A DNA stretch of 64,000 nucleotides from Octopus vulgaris. Taxonomy: Eukaryota. The notes beneath the pieces were generated by a model that saw only the letters and a list, made by a program, of their open reading frames with translations, did no database searches and was not told where the DNA came from. Positions 39,391 to 53,240 of the stretch are shown piece by piece (position 1 is the first letter of the stretch; every line of letters starts with the position of its first letter). Position numbers and translations under genes: made by a program. The stretch is from assembly GCA_951406725.2 (NCBI GenBank), contig OX597821.1:100130001-100194000 (forward strand), in the 5' to 3' direction.

Positions 39391-39610
39391 CTTGTTCACA
39401 GGAGGCTAAATATAGAGGGGACAAACAAGGACAGACAAAGGGATTAAGTCGATTACATCGACCCCAGTGCGTAACTGGTACTTATTTAATCGACCCCCAA
39501 AAGATGAAAGACAAAGTCGACCTCGGTGGAATTTGAACTCAGAACATAACGGCAGACGAAATACCGCTAAGCATTTCGCCCGGTGTGCTACCACTTCTGC
39601 CAGCTCGCCA
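39388..39610 (-). mobile_element. SINE family B
   Basis: Reverse complement of GGCGAGCTGGCAGAAG...TTTGTCTGTCCTTGTTTGTCCCC. Confidence 0.85.
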
Positions 39611-39620
39611 CTTCGATGTG

Positions 39621-40113
<493 letters not shown>

Positions 40114-40271
40114 TGTATATATACATACATACATACATATATATATATATATGTATGCATATATATATATATATATATATATGTATTACTTCGATCAGGA
40201 TTATGGTTTTATTATAGCATTATCTGAGCAAATGCTTTTCTACTTTTTGAAGCCTCAACACACGCACTCAC

Positions 40272-40320
<49 letters not shown>

Positions 40321-41046
40321 CACTTCTATATTCTCGCAACCTGTCTGTCGTATTTGTTGACTGTTCTATTGTCTTTATTGAATTAATTTTTACACTAAAC
40401 ATTTACTCACGTTGACTCAAGATTCGACGTAATCCATTTATTCTTATCATTATCAAATAACGATGTTATTGCAGCTGTTGTTATTTTTCCATGTAATTTT
40501 TATTCCACTCCACACAATATGCATCAACGCTAATGATGTCAGGTAAATTCATGATTATGTATTTTTAGTAAACAAACATTTCTTGCTTCTCTGTGAAATG
40601 TAGATAGCTATTCTGGTTACATAACACAGTTTTTCTCTCATAAGTACATGTACAATGATTTATCCTGTTTCACCCTGTTTTTGCCAATCTTTTTACAACT
40701 TCATTATTCATATATCTCTCCATAAGCAGTAGTATCCGTAGCCATTCATATACACGTATATAACTGATACACCAGTTTCTTTTATCTTGTATTTTATATC
40801 TGTTTCAGTCATTTGACTGCGGCCATGCTGGAACACCACCGTGGAGAAATTTTAGTCGAATGAATCATCACCAGTAGTTTTTTAAGCTTGGTACTTATTC
40901 TATCGGTCGCTTTTTGCCGAACTGGCACGTTACGGGCACATAAACACACCAACACGAGTAGGACACATACTCACATATTCGACTGGCTTCTTTCAGTTTC
41001 CGCCTACAAAATCAAATCCATTCACAAGTCACTGATCGGCTCACGG

Positions 41047-41100
<54 letters not shown>

Positions 41101-41108
<8 letters not shown>

Positions 41109-41748
41109 TATACATAAATATAAGAGAGTGACCACTATGTGGTTAACTCTAGTGCTAAAAATAGCTCCGATACTGGTATAGCCACAAAAAGATGTTTCCA
41201 TGAAGAAATAACATTACATTTAACGTAAGGAAAGTGAAATATAACGAAAAAATAGATTAACCCTGAACAATTGTTTCATTACTAATGTAATATGTAATTT
41301 TACTTACACAACATCTATAAATCATCGGCAGAGGTTTGTCTTAAATACAATTTATTAGACCTTCACGAGCGTCAAATACACGTGTGGTTTAATCGATTGT
41401 ATTCGTAGTTATGATTCAAATTTCCCCGCCAAAAGCATGATAAGACTCAATGGAAACGAATACTGCATAAAATATTTACTGCACTATAATTAAATTTATA
41501 AATTTAATCTATTTGTTCGTTATATTTCACTTACCTTACGTTAAATGTAATGTTATTTCTTCTTGGAAACATCTTTTTGTGGCTATACCAGTATCGGAGC
41601 TATTTTTAGCACTAGAGTTAACCACATAGTGGTCACTCTCTTATATTTATGTATAAACTTGTATTGTCTCCCTGGTTTTTATGTGCTAAGCCACTTGGTG
41701 TTAAATTGATGGTATTATTAAATTAATATCAAATTTTTCACCCTCATT

Positions 41749-41755
<7 letters not shown>
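41101..41755. mobile_element. Fold-back PLE-like element between (TA)n tracts with a mutated hammerhead (41261-41333, minus)
   Basis: About 155-bp inverted arms; minus strand CTCTG-CCGATGA-...-GAAAC-AATT-GTT-CAGGG. Confidence 0.7.
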
Positions 41756-41794
<39 letters not shown>

Positions 41795-41795
<1 letters not shown>

Positions 41796-42229
41796 TGAAA
41801 TAGAAAGATGAATAATCTTGTTGCAGATTAATCAAAAGTTTAACCGATACCTTGGTAGCAAAAATCACAGCAGAAGACAGCACGGTTGGAGGTACAACCA
41901 TATGGTGTTGCAACCATGCGTTGGTGCGGATAATTGAATTTTAATATTATTAGTGAATTGAAGAAATGGAGTTGAACGAAGATTGAACAGAAATCGTTTT
42001 ATTGCATTCTACACGTGTTTCGAAAGCCACAATTTACCAAATTCCGATTGAATAAGGAGACCATATTGTGTCTTTCTCTTCAGGAGGAAATAGGAAATCC
42101 GTTGGAAAGACACAATATGGTCTCCTTATTCAATCGGAATTTGGTAAATTGTGGCTTTCGAAACACGTGTAGAATGCAATAAAACAATTTCTGTTCAATC
42201 TTCGTTCAACTCCATTTCTTCAATTCACT

Positions 42230-42237
<8 letters not shown>
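41795..42237. mobile_element. Fold-back PLE-like element with hammerhead core (about 42006-42087, minus)
   Basis: Arms 41945-42077 and 42105-42237; minus strand CTGAAGA-GAAAG...CTTTC-GAAAC-ACGT-GTA; stem I weak; related to 43705-44362. Confidence 0.7.
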
Positions 42238-42277
<40 letters not shown>

Positions 42278-42870
42278 TCACATATATGTATGTATGTATT
42301 CATACATATATAATTTTGTTTTCCTGTTCAGCTATAATAAAAACAATTATACATTTATACATTTATCTGATGGGATACTCAATATTTTTGTAGAGTACAA
42401 ATTTAATATTCTAATACAAGAATGTTGACAGTGAATTCCAAGTTTCAACCAGCTAAACCATCGTCAGGCAGTCCGATGATGTTTTAGCTGGCTGAGACTT
42501 CGAAATCACTGTCAACAACATTTTTGTATAAAACCACTTGACCACTGGTGTTGGTGTGTTTACGTCCCCGTAACTGAGCTATTCGGCAAAAAAAAAAAAA
42601 ACACGACAGGCTAACTAAAATGGACTGTGATCGTTTCATTTGTCAAAAAAAATTCTTCCAGCATGTTATTCCAGCATGGCCTCACAGTCTAATGACTGAA
42701 ACAAGTAAAAGATAAAAAAGTAGATATACATAAAAGTACAATATAACGTCTATAGCAATAACATAGGTAATTTATCAGATATCAACACAGGTTTATAGAT
42801 AATGGTACGAATATAACGTTTTGTCGAATAAGTATAAAATAATTAAAAAGATTATAAAAAAGAAACTTAC

Positions 42871-42902
42871 ATTAGAAGAAGATGAACCGGTGTTTGTTTC
42901 AT
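42871..42902 (-). CDS. First coding exon (signal peptide start) of the GABA-A-like subunit; whole exon is 42871-42942
   Basis: Acceptor TTTTTTTTTCAG (intron ends 42943), in-frame TAA then AAAATG, MKQTPVHLLL+AT|GTAAGT; phase 2 fits the next exon (AT+C = Ile) and completes a signal peptide. Confidence 0.78.
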
Positions 42903-43298
42903 TTTTATTTAAAGAGATTGGTTAAGCTTTTATTTTTTATATCTGAAAAAAAAATAGTGAATGAAATAAAAACTGATTATTGAAAATGTTAAAACTGAAA
43001 TATGTATAAATAGGCTTATATTACCATACCAAACATTAACACATGTAAACATAACATTAGCTACGTGTAAATATATGTGTTTATACGTATATGTATGTAC
43101 GTATGTGTGTGTGTGTGTGTGTATGTATGCATAATTTATATACGCACTTATTATGTAAATATAGTAATTAATATGTATATATTGTGGAAATATTTAACAT
43201 GATGTACATGGATGTGAATATATTTATGCCTGTATAAATATTTTGGTATATTTATATATAGGTACGTATGTATACGCGTAAAGGGTTGTGTGTATACA

Positions 43299-43338
<40 letters not shown>

Positions 43339-43630
43339 ATATGATATATGCATACACATATATATCCACACACACACATATATACACATGTACACGTACA
43401 GAAACACATACACATTCATATATATGTATATATATATCTTTATTCTTTTAATTGTTTCAGTCATTTGACTGCGGCAATGCTGGAGTACCGCCTTTAGTCG
43501 AGCAAATTGACCCCAGGACTTATTCTTTGTAAGCCTAGTACTTATTCTATCGAACGCTAAGTTACGAGGACGTAAACACACCAGCATCAGTTGTCAAACG
43601 ATGTTGGGGGGGGGGACAAACACAGACACA

Positions 43631-43692
<62 letters not shown>

Positions 43693-43911
43693 TATATATA
43701 TATATTTGAGTAATTGAATGAATTATCTTATTAAGGATAGTTCGAAAGATAACCGATACCTGGGTAGCAAATTCACATCAGAAAGAACACGGTTGAAGCT
43801 ACGTCCCTAGGGCATAGACTACGTGTCTCCGTGCGGAAATTTGTACGTTTATTCTAAAATTATAAGTAAATGAAAGAATGGAGTTGAACGACTAGTTAAC
43901 AAATATCCTTT

Positions 43912-43996
43912 ATTCTCGACATATGTTTCGAAGGCTGCATATTCCTAATTCCGAAGGAATAAGGAGTACATTATGCAGATTTCTCATCAGGAAAAT
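43912..43996 (-). ncRNA. Type I hammerhead ribozyme, left arm of fold-back 43705-44362
   Basis: ATTTTC-CTGATGA-GAAATCTGCATA...TATGCAGCCTTC-GAAAC-ATAT-GTC-GAGAAT. Confidence 0.85.
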
Positions 43997-44227
43997 CAAG
44001 GAACTTATGTCGACATCCAAATGCACAAAAAACCTTTAGCTGACCGCTCTCAAGGAGCCCATGGCGATAATGAGTGTCTCTTTATAATGAGTGACGTCAG
44101 AGTGGCTGAATGTAGAAGAATCTAGAAATTTCTAAAGGTTCAAGAGACACTCATTATCGCCATGGGCTCCTTGAGAGCGGTCAGCTAAAAGTTTTTTGTG
44201 CATTTTGATGTCGACATATGTTCCTTG

Positions 44228-44312
44228 ATTTTCCTGATGAGAAATCTGCATAATGTACTCCTTATTCCTTCGGCATTAGGAATATGCAGTCTTCGAAACA
44301 TATGTCGAGAAT
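44228..44312 (+). ncRNA. Type I hammerhead ribozyme, right arm of fold-back 43705-44362
   Basis: Inverted copy of the above; 6-bp stem I, extended stem II, GUC cleavage triplet at 44304-44306. Confidence 0.85.
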
Positions 44313-44357
44313 AAAGGATATTTGTTAACTAGTCGTTCAACTCCATTCTTTCATTTA

Positions 44358-44395
<38 letters not shown>

Positions 44396-44659
44396 GATAC
44401 AAATAGTAGAAGGTAGAAGTGACGCTGTATGTAAGCGCGCTTATTGCTGCATGTCTGTACGTCAATATGTGCGTATGAGATTTGTGTGTGTGTGTCTATG
44501 TGTGTTTGAATGTGAGTGTGTGTTAGCATTAATGTGCGTGTTTGATGCCAAATTGCACAAAGAACAGTTGTTTATAATAGAAAAAGGAATACTTGAAAAA
44601 GAAAATCTGTCACGATAAATCTACGTTGTGAAACGGTAATGCGTAAAGAAGGTGAAATT

Positions 44660-44970
44660 TGGTGTTGTTGTTGGTGGCGGTGGTGGTGGTGGTAGTGGTG
44701 ATGATAATGATGGTTATGCAGATGATAATGACAGTGACTGTGGTAGCGATGAAGATGGCGGTGGTGATGATTGTGATGATGACGGTGATGATGAAGAGAA
44801 TGATGATAAATAAATGATGATGATGGTGGTGGTGGTGATGGTGATGATGATGATGATGATCGTGATGACGATAATGATGAAGATAATGATGATAAATAAA
44901 CGATGATGATAATAGTGATGGTGGTGGTGGTGGTGGTGGTGGTGATGATGATGAAGATGGCTGTGATCAT
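44660..44970. repeat. Degenerate (GAT/GGT)n trinucleotide tract
   Basis: Direct reading. Confidence 0.9.
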
Positions 44971-45954
44971 GACACTGATGTATAATAACGGTCGGGATGC
45001 TGACGTATGTTGCAGTGACGATGAAACGAATTAATACTTCAAACATGCAACGAGTTCGAGCAAAACAGGCTTAACGTCAGCAACGAAAACAACAACAAAA
45101 ACAACAGCAACAACAACAACAACAACAACAACAGCAGCAGCAACAAAGCAGTAATGATAAATGGAAAGACTTTTCTGTCTCTCGAAATTTCTTATTCAAA
45201 CATTGAAATGCATCGCTGATGGTTTCGCACATGTACAAACCTTAGAACTCAATGTGCTGAACGTGCAAACCCAGAACTGCAAGGTAAGGCTAAAATATAT
45301 ATGTTGAGAAAGCTCACACATAAGAAGAAATCTGAGATTAGTAGTGGTGATATATATACTAGCAAATCATATACTTTTAAAACGACTGTGTAAAATGTTC
45401 ATTTATATCAGTGGTTCTTAATTAGGGTCCAAATAAGATTTCTTTTTGTTTTTGTTGAAGTCGGTTTGCACTAAATTGGTAATATTTCTAAAATATACAA
45501 AATATTTTAATATTTTTTTTATACAAACCCTAATAATAGCTCATTATAAAAATATGATTTAAAAAAAATATCGAATGCTTCTATCCAAGACTCCATTGGA
45601 ATTTTAACATCAACAGCAGGATATTTTTGTTAGTATGTATGTATGTATGTATGTATGTATGTATGTATGTATGTATGTATGAATATATGTGTGCATGTAT
45701 GCATGAATATATGTATGTATGCATGTATAAGAAGTTTGTATTTGAGTTCTGTGTACCACGAAGCAAAAGAAAATTAATGAGTGTAGTGTAATGTTATCTT
45801 TTCAGTTATATACTATATACAATATAATATAATATAATATATACGTGTTTGTAAGCCATTTAAGAAACACACAAAAGCCGTTCAGTTCACTTCAACATTT
45901 AAGTTTAATATATATATATATATATTATATTTATATATATATTATATATTTAAG

Positions 45955-45994
<40 letters not shown>

Positions 45995-45997
<3 letters not shown>

Positions 45998-46345
45998 ATA
46001 ACTACAGAGAATAACAAATTTATTTATTTAGGGTGTACTATAAATTTTAAAAAACGTCTTAGCAACCATCTCTCTTCTTTCAAATTACGTCATAAAGCTG
46101 ATAGCATTACACTTTCATGTAAGATCTGGGAACTCAAAAACAATAATATTAAATATAACCTTAATTGGGAATTAGTTAGAAGAGCGATGCCTTATAAAAA
46201 TAACAGAGTTGGTTGCCAACTTTGCTCCATGGAAGCATTTGAAATACTAATGCACAGAAGAAAGGATGACTTATTGAATAACCGTATAGAATTGGGTCAC
46301 TCTTGTATTCACGCTAGAATTAAGACTCTAAAATTTTTTATATGA
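45995..46345 (+). pseudogene. GIY-YIG endonuclease domain of a Penelope-like element
   Basis: YLGCTINFKKRLSNHLSSF...TLSCKIWELK...W...CQLCSMEAFEIL...LLNNRIELGHSCIH, matching YIGxTxxFKxRxxxH...CxLC...LNxRxE...CxH. Confidence 0.8.
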
Positions 46346-47454
46346 TAACCATATATAAAAACCATTTTGTGATTTGTCTATCTTGCTTATTATAATAATA
46401 AAGCAATACTCTTATATATTATATATTTTAAATAGATATCTGCAAGCTCATAAGCTATAGTTATTTTCTCTCTAAATGTACCAGATTTGGAACATAAAGA
46501 AATAAATTAGTTGCTAAAAAATTTTCATTCTAATAGGCTATATAGATAATTTAAATTAATTTAATCTAAATTTTTTCTAATTTAGGTAAACCAACTTAGA
46601 GCAAATAAGTTAATAAAACTTCGTAATTCTTTTATATACTATAAGTAAATTAAAGCTAATCCCATAGAAATAATATAACGATTTTTCATTATGGAAAACA
46701 ATACTCCCAATTCTTTCTTTTGACCCCTAAATGTAGTCCCAAAGTCTGCCAATGTATAAGTAGTAACATTAATAAATAAAGAAATAAATTGAATGACCTC
46801 CTTTCTAGTGTTGCACTGAAATCTGTTAATGCTTTTTCCTATAGTGACAACCTTTGACCCGCCTCTACCATCCCGTGTCCTCTTTATATAGCAATTAACA
46901 ACGGAATACTGGTCAAGATTAGCATTCCTTTTTAAAACTCTTAGATTCTTACAAATTCTGACCCAGTCAGTTTGTCTCCTCTGAAATAGACTATTCTGCT
47001 TAGTTGGATATTTACAACCCCATTTCCTCTCAGTTACCCCATTATACCCTATGTGAGTGATTGTCTCTACGCTTCACTAAATTTCCTTCAACTTATTCTA
47101 ACATAGCAGTTTTGAGAAATGATCAGAAATGCAACCAGCATACTATCATACATCAGGAAACCCACTTTACTATGAACTAATTATGGATAAATACATCGTC
47201 TGTGAGTATGAAATCTCTCCTCATATCTCCAGAATTCAAACCTACTTCATTATTATGGATGGATTTACATTTTCAATTTCTGTGAAACTAAGAGGTTTTT
47301 AAAAATCCTTTTTTTAAAGCCTGTTATTTGACTGTGCAACATTAAAGAACTTTGGAAGTCCGTTTATCATCTAAATCTGATTTTTATAGAACTATCCCTG
47401 ATGTATCATGACTGTAGCCTCACCCCCTTAGATGTTTTGAGAACTCAGATGTTT

Positions 47455-47544
47455 TTTCGGCTGATGAGTACGGGTCACGTGTATTTGCTGCAATATTTGC
47501 AGCCTTAATAATGGTGGTCTTCGTACGAAACAATTGTACCGAAA
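47455..47544 (+). ncRNA. Type I hammerhead ribozyme in the PLE 3' region
   Basis: TTTCGG-CTGATGA-GTACG...CGTAC-GAAAC-AATT-GTA-CCGAAA; predicted cleavage after 47538. Confidence 0.85.
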
Positions 47545-47689
47545 TATTGATCCATTTTTGTTGCGTTTTTCTTGTTTATAATCACCCCGCATTATCTTAT
47601 GGTTAATATCATATAGATTTCTGGTGCATCTAAGTTAAGTACCTCATTTATGTGAATTCAACAGAGCTCACTTGAATCTTAATTGCTTT

Positions 47690-47727
<38 letters not shown>

Positions 47728-48252
47728 GTATAAAAATATATCTATATTTTTGTATATTTACACATTTATATATACACGTATATTTATAAACATATATTTA
47801 CATATTTCTTCACACCCTACACACGCATACACAAACACAAATACTTACACAGCCACAAATTCTTATAATGGTTATATACGTATATAAAATCAGGCAGACA
47901 GATAGACAGACAGACTGACATACATACACACACAAAAATACAAGCATATATAAAATATTATGTGCATCTATATAGACATAACGTAGCGAAACAAAAGAAA
48001 AGGTTCCAGTTTGTTGGCTGCATTGTTCTTTCTGCACTAAATACGGAAATACGAAATACTAAATACGAAAACTTGGTTGTTTTTTTTACGTGAAAAAAGG
48101 AATGAAGAAACTCGTAAACTGGAAGGTTTGCATAAATCTATTTTGGAAACTTTGACTCGTAAAATCAATATTTTATCAAATCAATAACATCATCACTGCA
48201 CTCACCTTTGTGAACGCATTAACATCAGTATTATTATTATTATTATTATTAT

Positions 48253-48310
<58 letters not shown>

Positions 48311-48344
48311 GGTGGTGATGGTAGCAACAACAGCAGCAGCAGCA

Positions 48345-48521
48345 GTTTTGGGGGAGGGGATGAGTCGATTACACTGACTCCAGTGTTTAACTGGTACTTA
48401 TTATTTCGACCCCGAAATGATAAAAGGCAAATTCGACCTCGTAGGAACTTGAGCTCAGAACGTAGCGACGGGCGAAATAACGCTAAGCATTTCGCGGAAA
48501 GGATTCTGCCAGCTCCCCGCC
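48345..48521 (-). mobile_element. SINE family B, short variant between trinucleotide repeats
   Basis: Reverse complement GGCGGGGAGCTGGCAGAATCC... Confidence 0.8.
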
Positions 48522-48556
48522 TTAATAATAATAATAATAACAACAACAACAACAAC

Positions 48557-48595
<39 letters not shown>

Positions 48596-48603
48596 TAATA
48601 ATA

Positions 48604-48965
48604 AAAGTTGTGCTGACACGATGAGGTAGGTAAAATCATGTATTGGAAACTATGAAAAGTGGAGATTAGATAGAAGCAAGACGTAGTATGAACATAAACC
48701 AGAGGGAGACAGAAATCTGCAAAGCCTGTGGAATTTCCCATCCCAGATGAACCAGGTGCTTGAGGACAACAAGCCGTTGCTAGTGTCAGTGGACAAGGTG
48801 AACCATATGTGCTCTATCTGGTGTTCATCTTTGAGTAAAAAGAATAGACATGTACAATCCTCTTAAGTACGAAATAGCTCTACTGTGTAGAATGAAGAAG
48901 GTGAAGATAGGGCGAATTATTGCTGAGTGCTTAGGGACAGTATCAAAAGGATTCAAAGGTGTCCA
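48604..48965 (+). pseudogene. R4/Dong-clade restriction-like endonuclease region, degenerate
   Basis: RHDEVGKIMYWKL...YEHKPEG...LWNF...DNKP...KIDMYNPLKYEIA...MKKVKI...LGTVSK; directly follows (AAT)n. Confidence 0.7.
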
Positions 48966-49009
48966 GTAGAGATGTTGCAAAAATGTTTGCCTCTTTGGCA
49001 CGGCTAGGG

Positions 49010-49557
49010 TAAGCGGGGAGAGGGATAGTCGATCACATCGATCCCAGTACTTGACTGGTACTTAATTTATCGATCCCGAAAGGATGAAAGGTAAAGTCGA
49101 TCTTGGCGGGGTTTGAACTCAGAACGTAGCGGCAGACGAAATACCTATTTCTTTACTGCCCAGAAGGAGCTAAACATAGAGTGGACAAACAAGGACAGAC
49201 AAAGGGATTAAGTCGATTACATCGACCCCAGTACGTAACTGGTGCTTAATTTATCGATCCCGAAAAGATGAAAGTTAAAGTCGATCTTGGCGGGGTTTGA
49301 ACTCGGAACGTAGCGGCAGACGAAATACCTATTTCTTTACTACCCAGAAGGAGCTAAACATAGAGGGGACAAACAAGGACAGACATAGGTATCAAGTCGA
49401 TTACATCGACCCCAGTGTGTAACTGGTACTTAATTTATCGACCCCGAAAGGATGAAAGGCAAAGTCGACATCGGCGGAATTTGAACTCACAACGTAACGC
49501 AGACGAAATATCGCTAAGCATTTCGCCCGGCGTGCTAACGATTTTGCTAGCTCGCCT
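49010..49557 (-). mobile_element. SINE family B with about three tandem internal units
   Basis: Same architecture as 5300-5881. Confidence 0.85.
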
Positions 49558-50055
49558 TTTTTTGAGGTAAGGGATTTATCTGTAACGCTAACGCCAGTCC
49601 TTGAGATTTATATGTTAATTTATCGTAACTGGAGAGATGTAAGACAAGTTTTGGTTTACCAGGTCCATTTAGAACCATTTTATGGTACATGACTATACAA
49701 TTTTCTGAACTGTTGTAAAGAGATTTTTTTTTATTACAGAAGAATCTTTGTAAGTTGAAATAAGCCTGAACATTAATAACACTTGTATTCTTTTCGCGTA
49801 GCAGCTTCAATACGTTGGCTGCATAGCCACCGCTTGTTAATTGGAGCAGTGAAATAAATCGCCTTGCATGCTGAATTAGTGTGTAGGTTCTCTCTCAGAT
49901 TCTATCTTGAAATCTCACTCCGAAGTCTTTTCCATGTTGAGTTGTGATATTTCACATTCTTGGTATCACAGTGGAACTGTCCAAGTAACTGTATTCCTTT
50001 TAGCGATTCCTTTCTTTTACAAATTGTTCTGCTTTTGCGTACTTTCTTTTCTATA

Positions 50056-50216
50056 GGCGCAGGAGCGGCTGTGTGGTAAGTAGCTTGCTTTGCAACCATA
50101 TTGTTCCGGGTTCAGTCCCACTGCGTGGCACTTGTGCAAGTGTCTTCTAATATAGCCTCGGCCCGACCAAAGCCTTGTGAGTGGGTTTGGTCAACGGAAA
50201 CTGAAAGAATCCCGTC

Positions 50217-50296
<80 letters not shown>

Positions 50297-50515
50297 GTGT
50301 GTGTGTGTGTGTCTGTGTTTGTCCACCACCATTGCACGACAACCGATGTTGGTGGTTTACCTCCTCGTAACTTAGCGGTTCGGCAAAAGAGACCGATAGA
50401 ATAAGTACTAGGCTTACAAAGAATAAATCCTGGGGTCGATTTGCTCGACTAAAGGCGGTGCTCCAGCATGGTCGCAGTCAAATTACTGAAACAAGTAAAA
50501 GGATAAAAGAATAAA
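50056..50515 (+). mobile_element. SINE family A, full length, with expanded internal (TA)n
   Basis: GGCGCAGGAGCGGCTGTGTGGTAAG ... GGCGGTGCTCCAGCATGGTCGCAGTCAAATTACTGAAACAAGTAAAAG. Confidence 0.9.
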
Positions 50516-51544
50516 ATATTTATAGTTCTACATAAGGAAGTCCTAGTTCTATTGCAGAATATTTAAGTAGTTCTATTCACTCTGTACAAGTGAATGGTTC
50601 TTCGTTCACATAATCAAAAATGCTAATAAACCATCTCCCTTCAATCTAACGTTTCACGAATATTTACTTCAAATTAAACGCGTTTCACGTACATTTGCTT
50701 GAAATGAAACGCGTTTCACATATAAACAACCGGAATTTGCTTTTGATGAAGTGTTCTGTGCATGGCTAGGAATTTTCTATCTAATGTCATTATTTAATTT
50801 TTCTTTGAAATCACTCTTCTGGCACTATTTCACGCCCAGTCGTTTATATTAGGTGTAACATACCGTGAATTAAGTTTGGACTTAATTCGAGCCTTTACTT
50901 TCTTAAAATATTTTGTGTTCATATCACAACTTTATGCATATATCACTACTTTATGTATATATGTATATGTATATATGTATATATGTATATGTATATATGT
51001 ATATATGTATATGTATATATGTATATATGTGTGTGTATATGTTTGTGTATCTGTGTTTGTCCCCCAACATCACTTAACAACCGATGCTGGTGTGTTACGT
51101 CCCCGTAACTTAGCGGTTCGGCAAAAGAGATGGATAGAATAAGTACTAGGCCCACAGAGAATAGGTCCTGGGGTGGATTTGCTCGACAAAAGGCGGTGCT
51201 CCAGCATGGCCACAGTCAAATGACTTAAAAACTTAAAAGAGTAAAACAGAGTACTACCTTATACAAGTTATTTATTGGTGCTATAATATTTTGGGAAAAA
51301 ATTCTCTTCTCGAAATAGTGTAAAAGATAAAGCAGTTATGGGCACACTGCAGCAAACGGTGTTTTCTAAGTGGCACACCAACGAAATATTACTTTGAAAA
51401 TTTTAGTAATCCAGCCTGCCTGAGAATTAGGGTGTGTCTCATGCGACCTGCTACACAAAAACAGTTGCCCGTGTCTGCGTATAGAAAAGTGACTTATTAT
51501 CAGTAGCTCAAAGACCATTCTAGTGTGATGTTGTTGTAATTAAC

Positions 51545-51750
51545 GCGGCGGGCTTGCAGAATTGCTAGCACGCTGGACTAAATGCTTAGCGGTATTTTGT
51601 CGCTATGTTCTGAGTTCAAATTCTGCCGAGGTCGGTGTTACCTTTTATCCTTTCGGAATCGATAAATATAGTACCAGTGAAACACTGAGGTCGATGTAAT
51701 CGACTAATCTCCGCCACCAAATTTCAGGCTTTGTGCTTATAATAGAAAAG

Positions 51751-51788
<38 letters not shown>

Positions 51789-53240
51789 GGTGGTGAACTG
51801 GCAGAGTCGTTAGCACGCCGGGCAAAAATGCTTAGCAGTATTTCACCCGTCGTTACTTTCTCGCCTTTCATCCTTTCGGAGTCACTAAAATATGTACAGT
51901 TGACCACTGGGGTCAATACAAATGACTTAATTCCTTCCCCGAAATTGCTGGCCTGGTGTCAAAACTTGAAATCGATATCATTAAGGCGACAAGCTGGCAG
52001 AATCGCTAGCACATCTGGCGAAATGCTCAACGGTATTTCGTCTGCCGCTACGTTCTGAGTTCAAATTCAGCCGCGGTCGACTTTGCCTTCATCTTTTCGG
52101 CGTCGATAAATTAAGTACCAATTTCGCACTGGGGTCGATATAATCGACTTAATACGTTTGTCTGTCCTTGTTTGTCCCCTCTGTGTTTAGCCCCCAGCGG
52201 GCAATAATGAAATAGGTATTTCGTCCACCGTTACGTTCTGAGTCCAAATTCCGCCGAGGTCGACTTTGCCTTTCATCCTTTCGGGGTCGATAAATTAAGG
52301 GATCTTTTCCTTTTGAACGGCAGATGTCAACACAATTTCTAGTTAACTAAACACTTTTAAACTTCGTATACTGGTAGAATGTGTTTATAAAACATCATCT
52401 TCTCTTGGTTTTATTGAGAAAATTTCATAGTTTGTAAGACATTTCGTCTGAAAATCCGAGCATTTCGGCAATTTTAAACAATCGATTACCTCCATTCAAC
52501 TAAAATCATTTGCTGCGTCTAAAACTGAGACAACATCCTGTAACTAACCCTAAACCTCCCCCTAACCCTAACCCTAACTCTTTTTGTTTCTTAATTGTTA
52601 AATTAATTTAATTCCATTGCTTTAGTTTTTTTACACGCGTAACAAATTAATTTAACAATTAAGAAAAAAAAATTTAGGGTTAGGGTTAGGGTAAGTGGGG
52701 AGGTTTAGGGCTAGTTACTGGATGTTGTCTCAGTTTTAGACGCAGCAAATGATTTTAGCTCAAAAGAGAGCATAGGATTGGCTAAAATTCGAAAAATTAA
52801 ACTACGTTAAACAAACAAATTACAATTTTCTCAAGAAAGCCAAGAGAAAAAAAAATGTTTTATTTTGACACATTCTACCAGTATACGAAATTTTAAAGTG
52901 TTTAGATAACGAGAAATTGTCTGCCGTTCAAAAGGAAAAGATCCAAATTAAGTACCAGTTACGCACTGAGGTGGATGTAATCGAATTAATCCCTTTGTCT
53001 ATCCTTGTTTGTTCCCTCTATGTTTAGCCCCATGTGGGCAATGAAGAAATAAGAATCGTTAGCACGCCGGGCAAAATGCTTAGCGACATTTCGTCTCGCT
53101 TTAGGTTCTAAGTTCAAATTCCACCGAGGTCGACATTGCCTTTCGTCGTTTCGGGATCGATAAAATATGCACTAATTGATACAAATGACTCACGACAATC
53201 TCTCTATATTGCTGGTCTTGTGCCAAAATTTGGAGCCCGT
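51545..53240 (+). mobile_element. Cluster of same-orientation SINE B copies
   Basis: Successive heads near 51545, 51788, 51984 and 53053. Confidence 0.8.
52300..52944. mobile_element. Fully fold-back Merlin-like MITE nested in SINE B
   Basis: GGATCTTTTCCTTTTGAACGGCAG...CTGCCGTTCAAAAGGAAAAGATCC; TSD AAATTAAG; (CCCTAA)n in the left arm and (TTAGGG)n in the right arm. Confidence 0.9.

Larger units (their letters stand above)
45995..47695 (+). mobile_element. 5'-truncated Penelope-like retroelement inserted in (TA)n
   Basis: GIY-YIG endonuclease C-terminus, long 3' region, hammerhead near the 3' end, (TA)n on both sides. Confidence 0.75.

Noticed and set aside
42410-42532. Small inverted repeat with CTGACGA...GAAAC on the minus strand
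   Set aside because: Stems II and III and the cleavage triplet cannot be formed convincingly; at best a decayed motif
50650-50722. About 2.5 copies of a 30-bp unit containing AAACGCGTTTCAC
   Set aside because: Short local tandem duplication with no further support
52540-52720. Telomere fusion site (opposed CCCTAA and TTAGGG tracts)
   Set aside because: Lies inside a TSD-flanked fold-back MITE
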